The notes below the pieces were generated by a model. That model saw nothing but the letters and a program-made list of their open reading frames with translations, did not search any database and was not told the DNA's origin. A stretch of DNA of 64,000 nucleotides from Candidatus Latescibacterota bacterium (lineage in GTDB: Bacteria; Latescibacterota; UBA2968; UBA8231), in the NCBI GenBank assembly GCA_965208105.1, contig OZ242318.1:288001-352000 (forward strand), read 5' to 3'. A program made the position numbers and the translations under genes. Below, in pieces: positions 46,819 through 56,716 of this stretch. Positions within the stretch are counted from its first letter, which is position 1, and every line of letters starts with the position of its first letter.

Positions 46819-47862
46819 TCAGGTGTTGTCCGCTCTGTACTCGTGCACAGTATCGACGAGCAATCGAACGTGGTCAAGAGGTGTTTCGGGCAGAATTCCA
46901 TGGCCCAGATTGAAAATGTGGGCAATGCCTTCGGTGCTTCGCAGGATTTTCCTCGCTTCGGAAATGATGGCTTCGGGAGTACTCAGAAGAACGGAGGGGT
47001 CGAGGTTGCCCTGAAGCGGAACCCGGTCTCCGAAAAGCCTGGAGGCATCTGCGAGGTCCGTGCGCCAATCAAGGGCCAGTACATCGGCACCGACCTTTGG
47101 CAGCAATGGGAGCAGGTGAGTTGCTCCTAGAGCAAAGTAGATCCGCGGTGTTTGCAAGCCCTCAAGTGCGGAAAAAATGCGCTGCAGGTAAGGCAGGGCG
47201 ATGCGCTCGAAAGCGGCTGTGGACAATATGCCGATGGACGTGTCGAACAGCTGTACGGCCTGAACCCCGGCCCTGATCTGGGCGTGGAGGTAATCGATGA
47301 CCACCTCCGACAGCTTGTCGAGCAGGAGATGGGCGCCCTCGGGATCGGAATAGATGAGGCGGCGCAGCGAGGTGAAATCCCTGGACCCTTCGCCCTCTAC
47401 CATCCAGCCGGCCAGGGTGATGGGGCCGCCTCCGTAACCGATGAGTGGAACGGCGGGAGGCAGGGCCCGCCTTACCATGCGGACGGTTTCAAGGACGTGG
47501 GGAAGATCGATTTCCACCTCCACCGGACAAAGGGCTTCCACCTCCTCTCTGCTCCGTATCGGATGGCTGAATACGGGCCCTGGCTTGTACTCGAATTTAC
47601 ATCCCATGGGCTCCAGCGGAGTCACCAGGTCGGTGAAGAGGATTGCGGCGTCGACACCCAGCATTTCGACCGGCATGAGAGTGATCTCGGCGGCCAGCTC
47701 GGGGGTTTTGAACAGGGTGAGAATGGATCCGGTTTTTTCTCTCAGATCCCGGTAGGGCTTGAGGATTCGTCCGGCCTGGCGCATCAACCAGATTGGTCTG
47801 ATAGCTGGAGGCCGGAGATGACAGGCCTGGAGAAACCTGCTGGATGCTACCGGATCAGGCAT
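46819..47862 (-). CDS. hemE: Uroporphyrinogen decarboxylase
   Basis: PIWLMRQAGR, DAAILFTD, VQLFD, LQGNLDP and IFNLGHGI. Confidence 0.95.
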   Translation of the reverse strand: MPDPVASSRFLQACHLRPPAIRPIWLMRQAGRILKPYRDLREKTGSILTLFKTPELAAEITLMPVEMLGVDAAILFTDLVTPLEPMGCKFEYKPGPVFSHPIRSREEVEALCPVEVEIDLPHVLETVRMVRRALPPAVPLIGYGGGPITLAGWMVEGEGSRDFTSLRRLIYSDPEGAHLLLDKLSEVVIDYLHAQIRAGVQAVQLFDTSIGILSTAAFERIALPYLQRIFSALEGLQTPRIYFALGATHLLPLLPKVGADVLALDWRTDLADASRLFGDRVPLQGNLDPSVLLSTPEAIISEARKILRSTEGIAHIFNLGHGILPETPLDHVRLLVDTVHEYRADNT

Positions 47863-47985
47863 GGAAGATGAAAGGCGGGGGTGCGCCTGGAAAAGCTATC
47901 CGGGGCTTCGGTCAGACCCCCTGTGAGACCCCCAGGTGTCGGCCATCCCGGCGGACCATCGTCGACAGGCCTCATTGGAAGGCTT

Positions 47986-50322
47986 CTATTCTCCAGGCTC
48001 GACCATCCACTCTGGCAGGGTGATGCGGTATTTGTATACCCCCTCGGTTTGTTCGAATTCCACCATTTTATCTGTCGTTTTGGCGTTGGGAATCTCCTTT
48101 TCCTCTTCCTCGTGATCAAATGCCAGAAGCCGAAAACGGGGTATGCGCCTGTCCGGCCAGAAATGGGAGATGTTGATCTTTATCGGGCCGGCGCAGTCGA
48201 GGGGGTAGATGTCTATCTTCCAGTTCTCCTGAAGAACCAGGGCAGCGCCGTTCAGGGCAATGGGGCCCACATCGAGGCTGGAGCTGCGGGTGTCGCAGTA
48301 GAAATACTCGGGACAGTGGACGTAGTCGATGCGGCCCGATCCCGGATCGGCCGAATAGGCGAGGAGGCCATCGGTGCTGTGGGCAAAAAAGGACCCAGGG
48401 GGGAGACCATAGATCGCCTGTCCGTGCTCAACCGTCCAGTCCTTCTCCCAGGAGCCGTTCACGTGGACGGTCAAGCCATTCTCATAGACTACCTGTACCT
48501 GGCTGTCCTCGTAGGCTTCTGACACGAGGGCGTCGGTGGTCTCCAACAGGTTCCCGTCGTTGTGGTAGAATATGTCGCGAACCCGGGTTCCGAGGTAATA
48601 GGTCTGGAGCTTCTGAAGCAAATAATAAGCCTTGACCACCGATGCCAGGCCCCAGGTCTCGCTTTCAGGCAAGCAACCGGCGTGACCGAAGGCAACCGTG
48701 GCGGCGAGATAGCGGTCGAGGTAGGTGCTGCGGCTGTGCCGCTCCGACTCGGGAATCTCTGAGCCGAAGAATTCTTCCACGCTGCCGAGTCCCGCATCCG
48801 CCTCCAGGGGGTGGAGATGGTTCAGGGCGAAATCCACCAGCAGGGGGTTTTTGCACGGTTGCGGTCCAGACTGCCGGGCAAGGTAGCCGTGCAGGAGCCC
48901 GGCGTAGAGCCAGTGGCTGCCCCCGGCACCGAAGGCGGGACCCTGATGGGCGATGGAGGCGAGGAGCTCCTGTTCGGCCTGGAGGGTGGAAAGGAACTTG
49001 GCAGCAGGCACCAGGCGGCTGTCACAATCGACCCGGTCCCAGGGCGGAGATGCAGCATGAGCATCGACGTAGGTAGCCTGGTTTTTGAATTTTTCGGCAA
49101 TGGCTGCCGCGTGGCCCGCCGCCAGGGAAGCAGCCCGGGTAGGTTTGAGGAGATAGGTATTGTTCGTCCTCGCGGCGGGATTGCCGTCGGAACCTCGAGC
49201 GCTCACGTCTTCATCCCACATGGGGTTGAGGGACGAGATGTCCCTGAAATTGGCATACAAGCTGAAGGTGTACCCGAGGTCGGCGAGGGCGTCGAGGTAT
49301 TCGCCGAGGGCGTCGTCACCACCTTTGGCGGGCGCTCCTTCCAGGGCCAGTCCGGTGTCGCCGTCTCCGTCGTGCCAGGTGTCGGCGGGATGATTGACCA
49401 GCAGGTGGTCCATGCCCCACTGCTTGAAGGTGAGGAGGCGCTCGTAGGCCTCCACATAGCTTTCCTCCGCCGGTGTCAAGGAAGGGATATTGTACCAGAT
49501 CAGCTCGTTGGAAGGATTGCCTGGTCGGCTCTGGGGTACCGGGACGGAGGGGAGGATATCCTCGAAGCGCCGCGAAACGGTGAGTATCCAGCGCTCGCGC
49601 AACGGGTTGCGTTTGCCGTCCGACTTTGGCAGGTAGAAGCAGCCACCGTTGATTTTCTTTTGGCGCTGGGATTCCTCCGGAGTGGGGGCGAACATGCCTG
49701 AGGCGTCGGATCCGTACCAGTCCAGGAGGCTGGAGACGAAGACTCCGGAAGTATAGAGGATGTGGGGATCGCAATCGCCGAAATTGAAGTATGGAACGCG
49801 GATCAATCGCGGGTGGAAAGCTCCGACGACTCGTCCGAGGTCGACGCCCGTGGCCTTGCCGTTTCCTCCCTCCAACTCGACGATCAGGGACTTTCCCACA
49901 ACCCTGAAGCGGTAGAGAACGTCGGCCAACTCGTCCCTGTGCTTCCACTGCCAGCGCGCTTCGACGCACTCGCCAACCTGCTCGCAGGAAACGAAGTGGC
50001 GTTCCACTTCCTCGGCGTCTGCCTCCCAATTGCGTTCTCCCATCTCGATGGTTATGCCGCCCGCCTCGGCGGGATGGATTGGATTTGAGTTGTTAATTTC
50101 GAGTTCGATATCGGCCAGAGTGCCGTCAATCGGGGTGTAGATGAAGCGGACTACGGATGAAAGCGAGCAGGATTCAAAGACGTAGGAGATGGCCTCCTTG
50201 GCGACGGAGTTGCGGACCTCTTCCACGGTGGAGGGAAGCATGGAAGGCGGAGTTGCATATACCTGGGGGGTGTTATGCGGCTGCGAATCGAGTTGGGTTT
50301 CGGGGCTTGAGGGGGTGGTCAA
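47986..50322 (-). CDS. Large hypothetical protein, possibly glycoside-hydrolase-like (DUF5696-type TIM barrel)
   Basis: 778 aa; central GGDDALGEYLDALADLGYTFSLYANF...TYVDAH...GAGG pattern resembles GH TIM barrels; no signal peptide. Confidence 0.55.
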   Translation of the reverse strand: MTTPSSPETQLDSQPHNTPQVYATPPSMLPSTVEEVRNSVAKEAISYVFESCSLSSVVRFIYTPIDGTLADIELEINNSNPIHPAEAGGITIEMGERNWEADAEEVERHFVSCEQVGECVEARWQWKHRDELADVLYRFRVVGKSLIVELEGGNGKATGVDLGRVVGAFHPRLIRVPYFNFGDCDPHILYTSGVFVSSLLDWYGSDASGMFAPTPEESQRQKKINGGCFYLPKSDGKRNPLRERWILTVSRRFEDILPSVPVPQSRPGNPSNELIWYNIPSLTPAEESYVEAYERLLTFKQWGMDHLLVNHPADTWHDGDGDTGLALEGAPAKGGDDALGEYLDALADLGYTFSLYANFRDISSLNPMWDEDVSARGSDGNPAARTNNTYLLKPTRAASLAAGHAAAIAEKFKNQATYVDAHAASPPWDRVDCDSRLVPAAKFLSTLQAEQELLASIAHQGPAFGAGGSHWLYAGLLHGYLARQSGPQPCKNPLLVDFALNHLHPLEADAGLGSVEEFFGSEIPESERHSRSTYLDRYLAATVAFGHAGCLPESETWGLASVVKAYYLLQKLQTYYLGTRVRDIFYHNDGNLLETTDALVSEAYEDSQVQVVYENGLTVHVNGSWEKDWTVEHGQAIYGLPPGSFFAHSTDGLLAYSADPGSGRIDYVHCPEYFYCDTRSSSLDVGPIALNGAALVLQENWKIDIYPLDCAGPIKINISHFWPDRRIPRFRLLAFDHEEEEKEIPNAKTTDKMVEFEQTEGVYKYRITLPEWMVEPGE

Positions 50323-50412
50323 GGGCAGTGCTCCGGGAATGAAAAACGGGAAGAACGCGGATTGGGCAGCGGAATGAAAACAACTGTTAAAAATAGATTT
50401 AAATAAAAATAA

Positions 50413-50441
50413 ATGATAGCTATTGTCCCTTGGGCTGTCAA
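50413..50441 (-). promoter_or_regulatory. Sigma70 promoter for the 50322 gene (and possibly hemE)
   Basis: Minus strand TTGACA-N17-TATCAT. Confidence 0.7.
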
Positions 50442-50572
50442 GCGGAGCCGGGTTGCAACCTGCCGTTGCAGGCGCGATTCCCGGATGTATTTTTCAAGAA
50501 TTTGCAGCGCCCTTTTGGTGCCTTCCCGGGCGCTCCTCCTCCCGGACCGGGTTGAGGCCTGTTCCGGCTGCG

Positions 50573-50601
50573 TTGACACCCGGGCGTGTGTCCCTTAGAA
50601 T
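50573..50601 (+). promoter_or_regulatory. Sigma70 promoter for mocA-xdhC
   Basis: TTGACA-N17-TAGAAT. Confidence 0.7.
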
Positions 50602-50700
50602 CTGAATTCCCGCCCATTGCCTCGAGGTGGGGCCGAGACAACGCCGGAGGCCGCCACCAGCCGCTGAGAACTTTCCGGCAGATGGAATCTTACTGGATTC

Positions 50701-51312
50701 ATGGGGACACAATCGGTAGCCGGTATAGTTCTGGCAGCAGGCATGTCGACCCGGATGGGGAGCTTCAAACAATTGCTTCCCCTCGGAGGCAGGACTGTGA
50801 TCGAGGTGGTGGTGGAAAAGGTCAGAAGCCGCATCGATCGAGTCCTGGTGGTTCTGGGCTACAGAGGCGATGAAATCGCGGCGGTTCTCGCCCGCTACCC
50901 CGTGGAATGTGTTCACAACCCGGAATATCGCAGCGGAATGCTATCTTCAGTGAAATGCGGTCTGCGCTCAACCTCGGCCGCCGGATACATGGTTTTCCTG
51001 GGAGACCAGCCCGGCCTCGATCCCCGGACCATCGACTCCTTGCTGGCTGCTTCCGGGGCGGGCAAGGGGATAGTAGTCCCGACCTGCGGCAACCGGCGCG
51101 GACACCCCGTCCTGATTGACCGCATCTACGTGGACGAAATTCTGGCACTTCCTGAAAATGCGGGGTTGAATTCGGTAACCGGGGGACATCCCGAGGACAC
51201 CCTGGAGTTGCCGGTGGATGTGAGTGGAATCGTGGAGGACATGGATACGCCGGGAGATTATCAGCGGGAAAAGGCCAGATTCCACCAGGGTCGAGGTGAC
51301 GGAAATGGATGA
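50701..51312 (+). CDS. mocA: Molybdenum cofactor cytidylyltransferase-like nucleotidyltransferase
   Basis: IVLAAGMSTRMG..KQLL, GMLSS, LGDQP, RGHPV and DMDTP. Confidence 0.85.
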   Translation: MGTQSVAGIVLAAGMSTRMGSFKQLLPLGGRTVIEVVVEKVRSRIDRVLVVLGYRGDEIAAVLARYPVECVHNPEYRSGMLSSVKCGLRSTSAAGYMVFLGDQPGLDPRTIDSLLAASGAGKGIVVPTCGNRRGHPVLIDRIYVDEILALPENAGLNSVTGGHPEDTLELPVDVSGIVEDMDTPGDYQREKARFHQGRGDGNG

Positions 51313-52423
51313 TATAATCCGGGAAATAGCCTCATTGAAAGAGACCCGGGAGCAAGCCGCCCTCGCATCTCTGGTCTGGAGCAGCGGTTCCATTCCCATG
51401 AGCGACCGTGCCAAGATGCTCATGCGGCCGAACCGCGGGGCAGTGGGAACGATTGGAGGCGGATGCCTGGAAGCCGAGATCCTCAATGTGGGGCGCGAGG
51501 TCATGAAGACGAGGAAGCCCCACCTGACGCGCTATACCATGACCGAGAAGCAGGCTGGAGAAAGCGGTCTGAATTGCGGCGGGACCGTCCGCATTCTGAC
51601 CGAACCCATCGACCCCCACTCCGATGCGGATGCCTATGGCCTCCTGCTGCGCGCCCGCGAGGAGCGCAAGGGCTGCGTCATGGCCACGCTGCTCGGAGGA
51701 AAGCCGGTTGGGGAGCCGGCAGGAGGCAAGATGCTGGTCTTCGAGGACGGTGAGTGCAGCGGTACTCTCGGCCTGGAGGAGATCGACGAGCAAGTGCTGC
51801 AAATCGTGGACGAGGTGCTTGAAAGGGAGCGGGGGGTGGTCAGGGAGCTGGTGATTGGCTCCCGGCAGGCCTCCGCGAAAAAAATCGGGTCGGAAGAAGG
51901 GGTAGAAGTATTCGTCGAGCCTTATTTGCCGCCACCAGTGCTCTACGTGTTCGGCGGCGGGCACGTTGGGGAGCAGATAGGCCGGATGGCAAAGAGGGTG
52001 GGCTTCTGGGTGGTGGTGGTCGACGACCGGCCGCTTTTCGCCAATCCGCAAAGACACCCGCACGCCGACGAGTGGGTGGTGGAGGAGATGGACCGGGTTT
52101 TCCAGGTTCTGGATATAGACGAGCAATCGTACATCGTGGCGGCCACCCGCGGCCACCAGCACGATGAGGTGGTGGTCCAGCAGGCCATCGAGACACCCGC
52201 CCGCTATATCGGCATGCTGGGAAGCGAGCGCAAGAAGATGCTGATGTGGAAGCGCATCGAAGGCCGGGGAGGGCACCGGGCCCGCCTGGATCAGGTCTAC
52301 GCTCCCATCGGTCTCAACATCGGCGCCGATACACCCGAGGAGATCGGGATCAGTGTCGCAGCCGAACTGATCAAGGTGCGCCGCGGGACGAGAAAGATCT
52401 GGAAGACGAAGAAAGGGAGGTGA
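51305..52423 (+). CDS. xdhC: XdhC/CoxI family Moco insertion chaperone
   Basis: GTIGGGCLE, CGGTV, VFGGGHVG, TRGHQHD, YIGMLGS and APIGLNIGADTPEEI. Confidence 0.9.
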   Translation: MDDIIREIASLKETREQAALASLVWSSGSIPMSDRAKMLMRPNRGAVGTIGGGCLEAEILNVGREVMKTRKPHLTRYTMTEKQAGESGLNCGGTVRILTEPIDPHSDADAYGLLLRAREERKGCVMATLLGGKPVGEPAGGKMLVFEDGECSGTLGLEEIDEQVLQIVDEVLERERGVVRELVIGSRQASAKKIGSEEGVEVFVEPYLPPPVLYVFGGGHVGEQIGRMAKRVGFWVVVVDDRPLFANPQRHPHADEWVVEEMDRVFQVLDIDEQSYIVAATRGHQHDEVVVQQAIETPARYIGMLGSERKKMLMWKRIEGRGGHRARLDQVYAPIGLNIGADTPEEIGISVAAELIKVRRGTRKIWKTKKGR

Positions 52424-52635
52424 GGTTCCCCCCATGGAATCGCCATGCGGAGGGGAAACAGCCAAGGGTTTCAGGGAGGAGCCTTTCTACCGGCCGGGCG
52501 GACCTCTGGGGATCTCGATCGAAGCTTGAGAAATAATTCTTGTGAATCGAAAAATTAATTCGTATCCCATATAGCTGACAGACTGATTCGTCCTCGCGGA
52601 CCAACCGCCGCTTCCTAGAGCAGGGGAGGATTGAG

Positions 52636-54003
52636 ATGAACGCCGAGCTTAGTTCCCTTAGCGTCATATTTACCGAGTTCTACTACTGGCTGACGGTCGT
52701 GCTCATGTTCTTCATCCATGTGGGGTTCTGCATGTATGAGGTGGGGGTATCGAGGAATAAAAACCACATCCATACCTTGATGAAGAATACGATGCTGATC
52801 CCGCTGGTCACCATCACTTTCTTCTTCTTCGGATGGTGGATCTATTTCGCCTTTCCCAACGGGCCTGGGATAATCGGCGGCCTCGTCGAGGCGCCCCACG
52901 CGGTGGCCTGGAGCGAGCTCATGGGGCCGCACATGGGGGGCGCTGGAGACCCGGACGGTTGGGCACGGCTCAACGGGGTTTTCTGGGCGGCATTCCTCCT
53001 CTTCTCATGGACGGCGGCCTCCATCGTATCGGGTTCGGTCATCGAACGCATCCGGTCCTCTGCCTTCTGGATCCTGGCGATCCTCATAGGATCGGTGTTC
53101 TGGGTAATTGACGCGGCATGGGGCTGGCATGCCGAAGGCTGGATGGTGCAGGTACTGGGCTATCACGACGCCTATGCATCCGGAGTGATTCACGCCGTTG
53201 CCGGTGGTTTCGGTCTCGGCGTCCTGGTGGTCCTTGGTCCGCGCATCGGCAAGTTCGCCTCGGACGGTTCACCCAGGAGCCTGAATCCCCGCAATCCCTG
53301 GCTGGTGACCATTGGACTGTTTCTCATATACACCGGCTTCTGGGGGTTCTACGTGGCCTGCAACGTGCCGATGTGGGACGTGCAGAGCGGGGAGGGCACT
53401 TTCTTCTCGGCCACCAACATATATCTCGCTCCCACGACCCTGTCGGCCATCACCGTGAACTTCCTCATGGCGCTGTCGGGGGGCTTGCTCGCCGGGTACG
53501 TCATCTCCAGGGGGGACGCCTACTGGACCTATTCGTCGGGCCTGGCGGGGATCATCGCCGCGTCGGCGGGGAACGATCTCTACCATCCGATCCAGGCCAT
53601 GATCATAGCCGCACTCGGCGTCCTCTTCATGTACAAGATGCACTACTGGGTGGAGCGCAGGTTCAAGGTCGACGACGCGGTTGGCGCGGTGGCGGTGCAC
53701 GGCTACGCCGGATTCTTCGGTGTCGTCATCTGCGGGTTCGTGCTGTGGGGCTATCCCTCCTCGCCGGACGACAGCTTCGCCGCCATCAATCCGCTGGGAC
53801 AGATCGCCGGCGCCGTGATCATGTTCTTCGTGCTGGGATTCATTCCAGGCTGGGTCGCCGCCAAGATCATCAACAGTCTGGGCGGTCTGCGCATTCCGCG
53901 GGAGGTCGAGTTGGCTGGTCTGGACTACGCCACCGCACACGACCGGGCGCAGGAGGAGCAAGGCATCATCGACGCCGAGCGCGAGGAGCTTGACAAGATC
54001 TGA
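52636..54003 (+). CDS. amt: Ammonium (or methylamine) transporter, Amt family
   Basis: HVGFCMYEVG, IVSGSVIER, SGVIHAVAG, LGPRIGKF and DDAVGAVAVHG (twin His retained). Confidence 0.9.
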   Translation: MNAELSSLSVIFTEFYYWLTVVLMFFIHVGFCMYEVGVSRNKNHIHTLMKNTMLIPLVTITFFFFGWWIYFAFPNGPGIIGGLVEAPHAVAWSELMGPHMGGAGDPDGWARLNGVFWAAFLLFSWTAASIVSGSVIERIRSSAFWILAILIGSVFWVIDAAWGWHAEGWMVQVLGYHDAYASGVIHAVAGGFGLGVLVVLGPRIGKFASDGSPRSLNPRNPWLVTIGLFLIYTGFWGFYVACNVPMWDVQSGEGTFFSATNIYLAPTTLSAITVNFLMALSGGLLAGYVISRGDAYWTYSSGLAGIIAASAGNDLYHPIQAMIIAALGVLFMYKMHYWVERRFKVDDAVGAVAVHGYAGFFGVVICGFVLWGYPSSPDDSFAAINPLGQIAGAVIMFFVLGFIPGWVAAKIINSLGGLRIPREVELAGLDYATAHDRAQEEQGIIDAEREELDKI

Positions 54004-54073
54004 TTCCCTTCAGGATCCCTGCCCGGTTTGAAGAAGGAACCCAGGGGAATCCAATTGAATACAGGAGACCGTC

Positions 54074-54307
54074 ATGACTACGGGAAATATCGCAAGCTGG
54101 GGGGGCAACATTTCTGAGATCGGCCCCCTGTACCCCTTTGTCGGTTCGGAGGTCCTGCTCTTCCTCGTCGGCATGGCCCTGTGGATCGTCTGGCATGTTC
54201 TGCAGGTGCGCACCGAGAGAAGCAGCTACGAGGACGAGATACAGCGCTTCGGCGACAAGGAGACCTTGCGGAAGATTCTGGATGCGGAAGATCCGTACTC
54301 CCCGTAG
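54074..54307 (+). CDS. Small single-TM membrane protein downstream of amt
   Basis: RBS CAGGAG; SW...IGPLYPFVGSE + TM helix + WHVLQ. Confidence 0.7.
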   Translation: MTTGNIASWGGNISEIGPLYPFVGSEVLLFLVGMALWIVWHVLQVRTERSSYEDEIQRFGDKETLRKILDAEDPYSP

Positions 54308-54820
54308 AAGTTCGAGAGTGGGATTTCGTTGCGGCTGCGTCACGATTATGTCGCCTGGATGGCCAGAAGCCGGAGAGGTGGCCGCAGTTCCGTAATCTTT
54401 CTTCTTGTCTCCAGCCGGTCCGCCGGTCTCATCTAGCGGGGCTTCCCCACCATCCTTCCGTTGGCCCCTTGTCCCTGTTTCCATCCGCTCTGTAAGGGGA
54501 CCCCAAAACGATGGGGAACCGCCGCCGGCAAGACCTTTTCTTCCCGTTGACTCCGGGGCCTGGGCTCGAAACCGCCCGGTTTCAATCCGCGGTGCAGAGA
54601 CCGCGGCGGCAATGCACCTTTCCTCCTTCCAACATGCCCCCAGGGGCGATCAGGTAACCCTTCCAGGGGATTGCCTGGCAGTCCTCCTCCGCTGCATCCC
54701 GAGCTGCGGGATTGCCCTTCCCTTCGATCTTCCACCGGCATGGAACGATCCGGCCCCCTGCCGGCCGGCGCTTCGGCCCTTTCGATTCTGCCTGTTGTCT
54801 CCGGGCGGGCACACCAGGTG

Positions 54821-56539
54821 ATGTTTTCTACCAGCGGCGACCCACCCGACCGGGGTGCGGCAATAGTTCGCCTGCGGTGGCTGTTCTTGTTGGCCGGACT
54901 GTCCGTGGCCGGGGCTCTCGGCCTGTGGCTGGCATACGAGGTATGGGGTGGCCCCCTGGTGAGGAGTGCGTATCTGCGCCAGACCTCGATCGACTGGCTG
55001 AACGGCATCATCAACAGGCAGGATATACACCCTCTGCAATACTACCACGACAAGGCTGACCGGGCCGCGCGCGGAGCCATACTGGCATTGCTTTCGGCTC
55101 CGCTGTTTCTGGGTAGCTGGTTTGCGGCCGCCCGGCGTTGGCCCGGTTCGGCCTGGAACGACCCGCTGGTCGGCGGCGGTCTGACAGCCACCGGGCTCTG
55201 GTCGGTGGCGTATGTTCTCGAGGTGCCGGTCTTCCAGGTCCTGCCCCACTGGTTCTGGGCGCTGAGCCCCAAGCAGTTGTCCTGGTGGTGGCTGCCGCCG
55301 CTGCTGGCCGCTTCGTCGTGGTTTGTGCTGCGGACGGTATTGCGGAATCCCCGGCGCACGGCGATCAATTTGCTGCTGCTGGCCCTCCTTTCCTATTGCC
55401 TTCAGCATGGCTTTGCGCTGACCGAAGGGCGGGGCCTGGAGGTCATGCGCGATTGCCTGCTCAAAACCGGCCACGCCGATTTCGTCCACCAGGCCCTGGT
55501 CATCGAGGACCCGCTTCGCCTGGCCGGCAACTATGGCCGCTTACTAGTGGGCGGGGAGCTTTCTCTCTTCCCCCACGCTACCAAACCTCCGGGGGCTCTG
55601 CTGTTCTTCTGGGCCTTTGCGCGGTCAGGCCAGGCTTTCCTGGGGCTGGCTACGGCGGAGGAGCTGGCGACATGGGCCGCCCTGGTCTTCCCGCTCGGGG
55701 CCAGCGCCGCGGTGGTTCCCCTTTTTTTCCTGTGCCGCATGGCCATGCCCCTGCCCCAGGCGTGGGTGGTGACATCCCTTTTCCCCCTTGTCCCTTCCTC
55801 GGCATTGATCCTCCTGCACGCAGACCAGTTCCTCTTTCCATTGCTCGGGCTGCTGTTCATCTGCTGTTGGATGCGGGCCCTGAAATCGGCGGGCTGGTGG
55901 TGGGGACTGGCGGCGGGAATCGCGTTTTACGCGGCGACCTTCTTCTCCTTTGCGCTGGTGGCTCTCGCTCCGATAGCCCCGGTGTCGGCGGCGGCCCTCC
56001 TGTGGCATGGTGACCGGAAGCGGTGGCGCCGCGTTGGATTGGCAGCGGCTTGCGCGGTCATGGGATTCCTCGGGGTCTATGGGATCCTGTACGCGGGATT
56101 GGACTACAGTGCCCTGGATAGATTCCAGCATGCGCTCGCATCTCACCAGGGGTGGAAGGTTGAGTCCTGGGGTGGCGGAATGCGGTCTTATTTCGCCCTT
56201 TTGAACCTGATCGAATTCACCCTGTGGTGCGGAATTCCCCTGTCACTCCTGGCCGCAGCAGATCTGTGGCGGGGTTTGCGCAACTGGAGGGTGTGGGACG
56301 AGGGCCTGGGTCTGTCCTGGAGCCTCCTTTTCATTCTGTTGGTCCTGGGGATGGCGGGCAAGACCGCGGCTGAAAGCGGCCGCCTGTGGTTGTTTCTGGT
56401 TCCCCTGGTACTGCTTTCCGCCGCGCGCCACTTGCACCGCCTTTGCGGGAAGCAGGTCGAGTGGCCAGCCATGGTCCTGGCGCTGTCGCAATTTGTCTCG
56501 ATTGTGGTTCTCAAGACCCGCCAGGATTTCCTGCAGTGA
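54821..56539 (+). CDS. Polytopic membrane protein, GT-C glycosyltransferase-like
   Basis: About 13 TM segments; periplasmic loop with PHATKPPG; late ESGRLWLFL motif. Confidence 0.6.
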   Translation: MFSTSGDPPDRGAAIVRLRWLFLLAGLSVAGALGLWLAYEVWGGPLVRSAYLRQTSIDWLNGIINRQDIHPLQYYHDKADRAARGAILALLSAPLFLGSWFAAARRWPGSAWNDPLVGGGLTATGLWSVAYVLEVPVFQVLPHWFWALSPKQLSWWWLPPLLAASSWFVLRTVLRNPRRTAINLLLLALLSYCLQHGFALTEGRGLEVMRDCLLKTGHADFVHQALVIEDPLRLAGNYGRLLVGGELSLFPHATKPPGALLFFWAFARSGQAFLGLATAEELATWAALVFPLGASAAVVPLFFLCRMAMPLPQAWVVTSLFPLVPSSALILLHADQFLFPLLGLLFICCWMRALKSAGWWWGLAAGIAFYAATFFSFALVALAPIAPVSAAALLWHGDRKRWRRVGLAAACAVMGFLGVYGILYAGLDYSALDRFQHALASHQGWKVESWGGGMRSYFALLNLIEFTLWCGIPLSLLAAADLWRGLRNWRVWDEGLGLSWSLLFILLVLGMAGKTAAESGRLWLFLVPLVLLSAARHLHRLCGKQVEWPAMVLALSQFVSIVVLKTRQDFLQ

Positions 56540-56564
56540 GCCGCGAAGGGGGCTGCGCCTCTTC

Positions 56565-56593
56565 TTGACCGGCGCTCGATGCGCTCTTATAAT
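56565..56593 (+). promoter_or_regulatory. Sigma70 promoter for the oxidoreductase pair
   Basis: TTGACC-N17-TATAAT. Confidence 0.75.
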
Positions 56594-56716
56594 CCACCTT
56601 TTCGCGGATCCCCGGTCACCAGCCTCCGTGCCTTCCGGGTTCGGCGCCCGGGATGGGGAGCGAGGAATTTTTGCTGGGGAGAACGGCCTATCAACCTGAG
56701 TGATTGAATCCGAGGA

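Noticed and set aside
54600-54640. RNase P RNA (GGAGGAAAG on the minus strand)
   Set aside because: It does not continue as GAGGAAAGTCC, and the 3' AGAACCCGGCTTA element is absent.
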